Assembly (NCBI GenBank): GCA_036494425.1
Contig: DASXOK010000028.1
Span: forward strand, 1-59,418
From: Pseudolabrys sp.
Lineage (GTDB): Bacteria > Pseudomonadota > Alphaproteobacteria > Rhizobiales > Xanthobacteraceae
Direction of reading: 5' to 3'
Length of the DNA: 59,418 nt
Every line of letters starts with the position of its first letter. Position 1 is the stretch's first letter. The notes below the pieces were generated by a model that had not been told where the DNA came from, ran no database searches, and saw nothing but the letters and a program-made list of their open reading frames with translations. Shown piece by piece: positions 37,366 to 45,132 of this stretch. A program made the translations under genes and the position numbers.

Positions 37366-38190
37366 TCAAGCCGCTTTCTTCTCATACACATACCTGTCCA
37401 GATACTCCGTAAACCCCGCTTCCGTTGCCGCCATGCGCGCATACAGAGCGAGGTGCTCGCCATCCACGGCGTAATAGTGGGGCAAAGGCAATGGCCAGGC
37501 GCCGCGCTCGGCCACCGCGACATGCTCGACGTAGAATCCGGGCAGCGTGCCGGCCGCGAGCACCGAATCGTCGAGCAGATTTCCGTCGTGAATTCTTTCG
37601 ACGGTCGCGATCGTGCGCTCCGCCGCATGCGCCATCGTCGCCAATTCGCGCTGCCGTCCGATCCACACATTGCCGAATTGGTCGGCCATCGGCGCATGGA
37701 TCAGCGCCACGTCCGGCTTCAGCGCCGGCAACAACACGATCGGATCGTCATGGCCGAACGGACTGTCGATCACTTTCCAGTCGTCGCGATACTTCAAAAT
37801 GTCCGAACCGATCAACCCGCGCAGCGCCATGAAGGGCACGCCCTTTTCCGCCGCTTGCAAGGCCGTATGCAGAGCAGGGCAGGTGGCGTCTTTCATCGTG
37901 ATCGTGCCGCCGATGATCGCGGCACTAAAGCGCGGCGCCGGGCCGAACTCGCCAAGGCTCACCGCGCTTGTTTCCAAAGTCGCCACACATCCCGCGCCGA
38001 TCAGCAAATCCGCTTGCAGGCTCGACGTCGGGAGCGCCACCAGATGCAGCCGCTTCACGCCGCGCCGGATGAGCGCGCGCGTCGCCGCCATCGGCACGCC
38101 GGACACCTCGCGCGGCACCACCAGCATGCAGCCGTCGGTGACCGGCGCGAGCGCCTCTTCGAGCGATGTCAAAGCCATCTCCACCCTCAT
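37366..38190 (-). CDS. Class I CoA-transferase alpha subunit-like (GctA/CatI/IpdA family)
   Basis: LEEALAPVTDG, PMAATRALIRRG, DLLIGAG, LQAAEKGVPF..GSD, PDVALIHA..ADQFGN, GAWP. Confidence 0.85.
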   Translation of the reverse strand: MRVEMALTSLEEALAPVTDGCMLVVPREVSGVPMAATRALIRRGVKRLHLVALPTSSLQADLLIGAGCVATLETSAVSLGEFGPAPRFSAAIIGGTITMKDATCPALHTALQAAEKGVPFMALRGLIGSDILKYRDDWKVIDSPFGHDDPIVLLPALKPDVALIHAPMADQFGNVWIGRQRELATMAHAAERTIATVERIHDGNLLDDSVLAAGTLPGFYVEHVAVAERGAWPLPLPHYYAVDGEHLALYARMAATEAGFTEYLDRYVYEKKAA

Positions 38191-38299
38191 GCGGCGCCTC
38201 TTTGGGCGCTTTCGAGGGACGCTGCCCACTGGCGCATCCCGCGCCTATTCTCGTTGTTGCGCTTGCCAGGTCCACTGAATTTTGCGACGCAATCTCCTC

Positions 38300-39208
38300 A
38301 TGAACCTCCAAGACAAGCTCGGCGCGGGCCGTTTCGTCCTCACCGCCGAAGTCACGCCGCCGGTCTCCGCTGATCGCAACGATCTCTTCGCCAAGGCGCT
38401 GCCGCTCAAGGGGCTGGCCGATGCGGTGAACGTCACCGACGGCGCCGGCGCCCGCCCGCATCTCGGTGCGGTCACGGCGGCGGCGATGCTTGTGCAGGAG
38501 GGCATCGAGCCGATCCTCCAACTCACCTGCCGCGACCGCAACCGCATCGCGCTGCAAAGCGATCTCCTCGGCGCGGCCGCGGCAGGCATCCGCAATCTGC
38601 TGATGCTGCGCGGCGACAATCCGGAGGCCGGCGACCAGCCGGACACCAAGCCGGTGTTCGATCTCGACGCGCGCCAGCTTCTCGAAACGGCGCGCCTTCT
38701 TCGCGATAAAGGCGAGTTGCCGTCCGGCCGCAAGATCTCAGGCCATGCCGATTTCTTCCTTGGCGGCGCCGACAATCCCATCGATCCGCCGCTGGGCTGG
38801 GAGCCGAAGAGCCTTGCCGGCAAAGTCGCCGCCGGCGCGCAGTTTGCGCAGACGCAGTTCTGCATGGATACACAGATCGTGCGCCGCTACATGGCGCGGC
38901 TCGTCGAGCTCGGGCTTGCCGATAAGCTGTCCATCATCATCGGCGTCGCGCCTTTACGTTCCGCGAAGTCGGCGCGCTGGATGAAGGAGAAGCTGTTCGG
39001 AACCATCATCCCCGATGCCTTCGTCGATCGCATGGAGCAGGCGAGCGATCCGGCCTCCGAAGGCCGCCGCATCTGCATCGAGGTGATCGCGGAGCTTGCC
39101 GAAATCCCGCACGTCGCCGGCTGCCACATCATGGCGCCGAACAACGACGCCGCCGTGCCGCTGGTGATCACTGAGGCGAGGAAGAGTGTGAAGCGGTTGG
39201 TGTTTTGA
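38300..39208 (+). CDS. metF: Methylenetetrahydrofolate reductase family protein
   Basis: TAEVTPP, VNVTDG, LQLTCRDRNRIALQSDL, LRGD, KVAAGAQFAQTQF, GCHIM. Confidence 0.85.
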   Translation: MNLQDKLGAGRFVLTAEVTPPVSADRNDLFAKALPLKGLADAVNVTDGAGARPHLGAVTAAAMLVQEGIEPILQLTCRDRNRIALQSDLLGAAAAGIRNLLMLRGDNPEAGDQPDTKPVFDLDARQLLETARLLRDKGELPSGRKISGHADFFLGGADNPIDPPLGWEPKSLAGKVAAGAQFAQTQFCMDTQIVRRYMARLVELGLADKLSIIIGVAPLRSAKSARWMKEKLFGTIIPDAFVDRMEQASDPASEGRRICIEVIAELAEIPHVAGCHIMAPNNDAAVPLVITEARKSVKRLVF

Positions 39209-39218
39209 CGCTTCTTTA

Positions 39219-39333
39219 CCTCCCCCTGAAAGGGGGAGGCCGCTCATCGTCGCGACGCGACGATGAGCGGGTGGGGGTCCGTCGCAACGATCAAGAAACC
39301 CCGTCCCTGACCCTCCCCCTTTCAGGGGGAGGG
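39219..39333. repeat. RIME-like palindromic repeat (family B)
   Basis: CCTCCCCCTGAAAGGGGGAGG ... CCCTCCCCCTTTCAGGGGGAGGG between convergent genes. Confidence 0.85.
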
Positions 39334-39359
39334 AATCGAGAGGCTGCGGCTCGTGCCAC

Positions 39360-41645
39360 TCAACTCAACGCCGCCTTCACCCGCTCCGGCGAGAACGGCA
39401 CGCGCCGGATGCGCACGCCGGTCGCGTCGAAGATGGCATTCGCAATGGCCGCCGCCACCGGCCGGATCGACGGCTCGCCGGCGCCCGATGGCGCGATGTC
39501 TGGATGGTTGATCAGCACGACGTCCACCTCGGCCGGCGTCTCGGTGATGTCGAGGATCGGATAGGTGATCCAATCCACGCTGGTCACCGCTTTGTTGTCG
39601 AAGGTCACTTCCTCCCACAGCGTGCGGCTCACGCCCTGCACGATGTTGCCCTCGATGCATTTCACCAATCCATCCGGGTTGATGATCTGCCCGCAGTCAT
39701 GCGCCACGGTGAACTTGCGCGCGAATATCTTGCCGCTCGTGCGGTCGATATCGACCTCGGCAATGATGGCGATCCGCGTGCCGCTCCGCTGCGCATAGGC
39801 GATGCCGCGGCCCGACACCTTGTTGCCGGTCTGATCGCGCCGTGGCGAGGGCCGCGGTTCCCACTTCGCCTTCTCGGCCACCGCCTTGATCACTGCGATG
39901 TCGCGTGGGTCCGTGATGTGCCGCAGGCGGAATTCGATCGGGTCCATGTTCACCGCCGCCGCCACCTCGTCCATGAAGGACTCGCTGGCGAAGTGGATCT
40001 GCGGTCCGACGGGATCGCGCAGATGCGAGGTGCGCAACGGCGAAGAGCGGTCGAGCAGCGGCGGGATGGTCTCCCAGGCGAGCCGCTTGTTGTCGACCGC
40101 GTAGGATTCCGCCGGCGTGCCAAAGCCGTCGCCGGACTTCAGCGCCACGCCGAGTGTCTGCCCGGCCAGCGTGTCGTTCGGCTTGCTGCCATTGGTGTCG
40201 ACGTCGACCCGCGAGAACGCCTTGCTGAGGAAGTCATAGCCGATCAGCTTGCCTGAAGCGTCGAGCGCCGCGCGCGCCTTGTGGATCGAGGCGGGGCCTT
40301 TCGGGTCCCAGCCGGTGCCCTGGTCGCGCATGTATTGCAGCCGCACCGGCCGCCCGACGGCTTTGGCCAGCACGGCGGCATCCATCGCGGCATCGTCGGC
40401 GTCGTTGCGGCCGTAGGAGCCCGGACCAGTGGTCCAGATCACGCGTACCGTCTCGCGCGGCACGCCCAGCGTCGCGGCGAGACCCTGCTGCACGAAATGC
40501 GACTTCTGCGTTCCGCTCCAGCAGGTCACCTTGCCGTCCTTGATTTCGACCAGGGCGCAGCCCGGCCCCATGCTGGCGTGCGATTGGAACGGCCATTCGT
40601 ATTCGGCCTCGATCACCTTCGCGGCGCCCGCGAACGCGGCATCGATATCGCCGTTCTGCTTTTCGACGTCGCGCTTGCGCACCGGCGCCTTGCGGATGTG
40701 GTCGAACAATTGCGCCTGGTCGGGGAAAGGCGCCTTGGCGTCAGACCACTCGACCTTGAGATTTTGCGCAGCTTTGATCGCGTCCCATTCCTTGTCGGCG
40801 ACCACGCCGAGGAAGCCTTTGTCCCAGACCACCTTGGCGCCGGGAATGTCCTTGATCGAGGCCTCGTCCACCTTCACCGGCACCGCGCCGGCGACGCTCG
40901 GGCGCACCATGCGCCCGTGCATCATGCCCGGCACCTTGATGTCGGTGACGAAGTTCTCGATCGCGAACACCTTCGGCGCCACGTCCTCGCGCTTGATCGG
41001 CTGGCCGACGATTTTGTGCTCGGACGGTTTCTTCGGCTGGGCCTTGCCCGGCGCGTAGAGCGCGTTGCCGTATTGCTTGTTCCAGTCGAGCGTGACGTTG
41101 AAATAGCGCCCGCCGATCATCTCGGCGTAGCTGATGCGCTTGCCTGCGTCGTCGCTCGCGCTCACCACGCCGTCTTTGACGGTGAGCTTGTCGGCCGGCA
41201 CCGACAGCAGTCCCGCCGCCATGTCCACCAGCACGCGGCGTGCTTCCGCCGCCGCCACCCGCATCTGCTTGCCGCCGAACTGGACGCCGGTCGAGCCCGA
41301 GGCGCCGCCCTGGTTCACCGACGAGGCGGTGTCGCCCATGATGACCTTCACGCTCTTGAACGGCACGTCGAGCTCTTCCGCCACGATCTGCCCGATCGCG
41401 ACATGCAGGCCGTGGCCCATGTCCATCTTACCGAAATAAGCGGCGACCGTGCCGTCGCCGTTCACAGCGATGTAGGACGAGAGTTGGTCCGGGGTCAGCG
41501 GCGGCTTGGCGCCTTGCGCCTGCGCTTCGTTGATCGACAGCAGGGTGTCGAGCGACACGGCCGCGCCGACCGACACGACCAGCGCGCCGCCGCCGAGGAG
41601 GACGGAACGACGCGAGAACGAGGTCGATTGTTCGAACTTTGTCAT
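39360..41645 (-). CDS. IorB/NicB-like molybdopterin oxidoreductase large subunit, Tat signal
   Basis: SRRSVLLGGGAL, GKMDMGHG..QIVAEELDV, GSYGRN, SESFMDE, DCGQIINPDG, GAGEP. Confidence 0.9.
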   Translation of the reverse strand: MTKFEQSTSFSRRSVLLGGGALVVSVGAAVSLDTLLSINEAQAQGAKPPLTPDQLSSYIAVNGDGTVAAYFGKMDMGHGLHVAIGQIVAEELDVPFKSVKVIMGDTASSVNQGGASGSTGVQFGGKQMRVAAAEARRVLVDMAAGLLSVPADKLTVKDGVVSASDDAGKRISYAEMIGGRYFNVTLDWNKQYGNALYAPGKAQPKKPSEHKIVGQPIKREDVAPKVFAIENFVTDIKVPGMMHGRMVRPSVAGAVPVKVDEASIKDIPGAKVVWDKGFLGVVADKEWDAIKAAQNLKVEWSDAKAPFPDQAQLFDHIRKAPVRKRDVEKQNGDIDAAFAGAAKVIEAEYEWPFQSHASMGPGCALVEIKDGKVTCWSGTQKSHFVQQGLAATLGVPRETVRVIWTTGPGSYGRNDADDAAMDAAVLAKAVGRPVRLQYMRDQGTGWDPKGPASIHKARAALDASGKLIGYDFLSKAFSRVDVDTNGSKPNDTLAGQTLGVALKSGDGFGTPAESYAVDNKRLAWETIPPLLDRSSPLRTSHLRDPVGPQIHFASESFMDEVAAAVNMDPIEFRLRHITDPRDIAVIKAVAEKAKWEPRPSPRRDQTGNKVSGRGIAYAQRSGTRIAIIAEVDIDRTSGKIFARKFTVAHDCGQIINPDGLVKCIEGNIVQGVSRTLWEEVTFDNKAVTSVDWITYPILDITETPAEVDVVLINHPDIAPSGAGEPSIRPVAAAIANAIFDATGVRIRRVPFSPERVKAALS

Positions 41646-41656
41646 GGCGCCCTCCC

Positions 41657-42124
41657 TCAACCCATCATCGTGGCGGCACGCTTCACCGCCTTGAGGATGC
41701 TGACGTGCGTGCCGCAGCGGCATTTGAGGCCCGAAAGCGCATCCTTGATCTCCGCTTCGGTCGGCTTCTTCTTGGTCTCCAGGAAGGCGGCGGCGGTCAT
41801 GATCCAACCGTTGATGCAATAGCCGCATTGCGGCACCTGCTCCTCGACGTAAGCCGTCTGCAACGGGTGTGGCTTGGCCGGGGTGCCGAGCCCGGCCAGC
41901 GTGACGATTTTCGCGTCTCCCACCGCCGAAAGCGGCGTGACGCAGGACCGGGTCGGCTGCCCATCGACATGCACGGTGCAGGCGCCGCATTGCGCCAGGC
42001 CGCAGCCGAAATGCGGATTATTCAACCCGAGGTCGTCCCGCAGCGCATAGAGCAGCGGCATGTCCGGGTCGGCCTCGATCGTATGCGAATGTCCGTTGAC
42101 GGTGAGCGTAAAGCGTTGGGTCAT
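41657..42124 (-). CDS. IorA/CoxS-like 2x[2Fe-2S] small subunit
   Basis: FGCGLAQCGACTV..SC, QCGYC, CRCGTH. Confidence 0.93.
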   Translation of the reverse strand: MTQRFTLTVNGHSHTIEADPDMPLLYALRDDLGLNNPHFGCGLAQCGACTVHVDGQPTRSCVTPLSAVGDAKIVTLAGLGTPAKPHPLQTAYVEEQVPQCGYCINGWIMTAAAFLETKKKPTEAEIKDALSGLKCRCGTHVSILKAVKRAATMMG

Positions 42125-42349
42125 AGCGTTCAGCTCCCTGAACTTTTTCATCGGTCGGCGGCTTACGGCCAGCCGTACCGGATCGTGGAACCCCACGATC
42201 TGCGTCCTTGATCGACGCTTGCGGGGGCAAGGCTAGTCCCCCACACTGCGCTTAGGAATGCCCCGGCCATCAAATTGGTGTTAAAATCGCCAGTGGGGAA
42301 AAGCGCCCGCAAGGCGCGCGACTAAAAAATAACGGGAGGTACACTGCCT

Positions 42350-43351
42350 ATGCGCACCGCCATCGCATTGGGAACCGCGCGCAGTCTTGTGGCCGCGGCG
42401 ATAATTGTCTGCGCCCTCGCGGCGCCTGCCACCGCGCAGGAGAAGGTCTGGCGGCATGGCCTGATCAATGCCAAGTCCGACGCCGGCATTTTTTTGATGG
42501 TGTCGAAACGCGACTTCGCCGCCAAGCAGGGGCTCAAGCTCGAGCTCTCACAGTTCAAGGATGACCAGATTGCCCTGAAAGCGCTGCTCGCCGGTGAAAT
42601 CGACAGTTTCGAGGGCGGACCGCAGGGCGTATTCACCGCCAACTCGCGCGGCGGCGATGTGCGCCTGCTCGGCTGCCACTGGGTCGTGGTGCCGCACGGC
42701 ATCTACGCCAAGACGAACATCACCAAGATCGAGCAGCTCAAGGGCAAGCAGATCGCCGTGTCGGCGCCCAATTCGATGCCCGATATGCTGGTGCGTTCGG
42801 CGCTGGCCGCGCATGGCGTCTCCGACAAGGACGTGAAGCTTGCCGCAGTCGGCGGCGATCGCGAGCGCTATCAGGCGCTGATCGGCGGCGTCGTCGATGC
42901 GGCGGTGGTGTCGAACGAATATCAGCCGGTTGCGCCCAAGGATGTGCACCTCCTGGTTGCCGGGCGCGACGCCGTACCGAATTTCCTGCGCGTCTGCATC
43001 ATGTCGACTGCGAAGATTTTGGCGTCGCGCGGAGATGACGCTGTGAAATTCCTTGCCGCCGAGATGAATGCGTTGCATTACGCGCTCACGCACAAGGACG
43101 AGACCGTGGCGCTCACCCGCGAGATCACGCACGCCAAGCCGGACGATCCGCGCCCCGGCTTCGTCTTTGACGACGCCGTCGAGCACAAGGCGGTCGATCC
43201 GACCTTGCCGCTGCCGGAGGCCAAGCTCGCCTGGATCCAGGCGCAGCTCGTGAACGCGGGCAAGCTGAAGGAGCCCCTCGACGTGAAATCCGTGCTCGCG
43301 CCTGAGTATCGCGAGAAGGCGTTGAAGCTGACGGGGGCAAATAATTGGTGA
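42350..43351 (+). CDS. NMT1/SsuA-like ABC substrate-binding protein
   Basis: Signal peptide, IEQLKGKQIAVS; GGGAGG RBS. Confidence 0.88.
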   Translation: MRTAIALGTARSLVAAAIIVCALAAPATAQEKVWRHGLINAKSDAGIFLMVSKRDFAAKQGLKLELSQFKDDQIALKALLAGEIDSFEGGPQGVFTANSRGGDVRLLGCHWVVVPHGIYAKTNITKIEQLKGKQIAVSAPNSMPDMLVRSALAAHGVSDKDVKLAAVGGDRERYQALIGGVVDAAVVSNEYQPVAPKDVHLLVAGRDAVPNFLRVCIMSTAKILASRGDDAVKFLAAEMNALHYALTHKDETVALTREITHAKPDDPRPGFVFDDAVEHKAVDPTLPLPEAKLAWIQAQLVNAGKLKEPLDVKSVLAPEYREKALKLTGANNW

Positions 43352-43368
43352 AATCTTCGGAGTTCTAA

Positions 43369-44148
43369 ATGGGTGAAGTAACCTTCCTCGATGTGTCCAA
43401 GAAGTTCTCCCTGCGCGTGGACGGCGTGCTGCATCACGTGCAGGCGCTCGATCGCGTCAGCTTCACCGTCAAGGACGGCGAATTGGTCGCGCTGATCGGC
43501 CCGTCCGGCTGCGGCAAGACCACGGCCTTGCGCGTTGCCATGGGGCTCGATTTCTCGACGTCGGGCCGAGTCAGCGTGGACGGGCGCGAAGTGCGCGGCT
43601 GCGGACACGACCGCGGCATGGTCTTTCAACATGCGGAACTTCTGCCCTGGCTCTCGGCCTTGCAGAACGTGATGTTCGGCCTGGAGATGAAGGGCATGCG
43701 CGGCGGCGAGCTGCGCGACACGGCGGAGAAGTATCTCGATCTCGTCGGCCTGAAGGAGTCGCAGAACCGCCGTCCGCATCAGCTGTCCGGCGGCATGAAG
43801 CAGCGCGTCGGCATTGCCCGCGCGCTCGCCATCGATCCCTCCGTGCTGCTGATGGACGAGCCCTTCGGGGCGCTCGACGCACAGACGCGCGAATCTCTGC
43901 AAGCCGAGCTGCTCGAGATCCAGGCGCGCACCGGCAAGACGGTCATCTTCGTCACCCACGATCTCGACGAGGCCGTGCTCATCGCCGACCGCATCATCGT
44001 CATGAAAGGCGGCCGCGTGCACGAGATCATGACGGTGCCGATCGGCCGTCCGCGTCCCGATCTCGGTGTCGTGCGCGGCACGGCCGAATTCGCCGAGACC
44101 CGCTACAAGGTCTGGCGCGCTTTGCATGACGAACAGGCGGTGCACTAA
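43369..44148 (+). CDS. NitT/TauT ABC ATP-binding protein
   Basis: GPSGCGKTT, LSGGMKQR, MDEPFGALD. Confidence 0.93.
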   Translation: MGEVTFLDVSKKFSLRVDGVLHHVQALDRVSFTVKDGELVALIGPSGCGKTTALRVAMGLDFSTSGRVSVDGREVRGCGHDRGMVFQHAELLPWLSALQNVMFGLEMKGMRGGELRDTAEKYLDLVGLKESQNRRPHQLSGGMKQRVGIARALAIDPSVLLMDEPFGALDAQTRESLQAELLEIQARTGKTVIFVTHDLDEAVLIADRIIVMKGGRVHEIMTVPIGRPRPDLGVVRGTAEFAETRYKVWRALHDEQAVH

Positions 44149-44972
44149 TGGTCGATATCGCCGATAGAAAGCCCGCTGCCCCGGCCGCCGAGCGCAAGGA
44201 GCGCCGCCCGCTGCCGCGCTGGGTGATCACCTGCATCTCGGTCTTCTGCCTACTCGCCTTCTGGGAGATCTTCGGACGCCAGGTCAATCCGGTGTTCGGC
44301 TCTTATCCGAGCGCGATCGCGGTCGCCTTCTGGGAACTGGCGCGCTCGGGCGAGCTATGGTCCGCGCTCTATCAAAGCCTGCAACCGTTCTTCGCCGGCT
44401 ATCTGCTCGCCGTGGTGCTCGGCGTGCCGATCGGCCTCATCATCGGCCGTTTCCGCTGGGCGGAGGCGGCCTTCGGCATCTACATCACGGCCGGCTACGC
44501 CATGCCGCTGGTGGCGCTGGTGCCGCTCCTGGTGCTGTGGCTCGGCCTCGGCTTCGCTGTGAAGGCGTCGGTCGTCTTCCTGATGGCGCTATTCCCGATC
44601 TGCATCAACACTTGGCTCGGCGTCATCGCCGTGCCGAAGACGCTGATCGAGGTCGGCAAGTCCTTCGTCGCGCCCGATCATGTCATTCTTCGGCGGATCG
44701 TGCTGCCGGCGACGCTGCCTTACATCATGGCCGGCGTCCGCCTGGCGGTCGGCCGCGCGGTGGTGGCGATGGTTATCGCCGAGTTCTTCACGACGATCTC
44801 CGGCCTCGGCGCGATCATCATCAACTCGGCGAACAACTTCGACACCGCCACGATGTTCGTGCCGATCATCGTCTTGATGGTCATGGCCATCGGGCTCAAC
44901 ACCCTGATCGGCTATGTCGAGCGCAAGGTCGCGCCCTGGCAGGCCGAGATCGCCGGCCGCGAACGGGAGTAG
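44148..44972 (+). CDS. NitT/TauT ABC permease
   Basis: PLVALVPLLVLWLGLG, FPICINT, LPATLPYI, MVIAEF. Confidence 0.92.
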   Translation: MVDIADRKPAAPAAERKERRPLPRWVITCISVFCLLAFWEIFGRQVNPVFGSYPSAIAVAFWELARSGELWSALYQSLQPFFAGYLLAVVLGVPIGLIIGRFRWAEAAFGIYITAGYAMPLVALVPLLVLWLGLGFAVKASVVFLMALFPICINTWLGVIAVPKTLIEVGKSFVAPDHVILRRIVLPATLPYIMAGVRLAVGRAVVAMVIAEFFTTISGLGAIIINSANNFDTATMFVPIIVLMVMAIGLNTLIGYVERKVAPWQAEIAGRERE

Positions 44973-44998
44973 GCTGAACTAAGCAGAGCTTATGTATG

Positions 44999-45102
44999 GC
45001 CGTCACCCTGAGGTGGCTTCGCGAAGCGAAGCCCTCGAAGGGCGACGGTCTGTGCCCGTCATCCTTCGAGGCTCGCTTCGCTCGCACCTCAGGAATGACG
45101 GC
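44999..45102. repeat. CGTC-type palindromic intergenic repeat (family A, copy 2)
   Basis: GCCGTCACCCTGAGG ... CCTCAGGAATGACGGC with inner CCTCGAAGG / CCTTCGAGG. Confidence 0.85.
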
Positions 45103-45132
45103 TCGAGGCTGTCGTTCCATGGCCGGGAGCAA

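Noticed and set aside
18330-45102. Palindromic repeats as CRISPR or IS elements
   Set aside because: Dispersed single copies, no repeat-spacer periodicity, no cas or transposase genes
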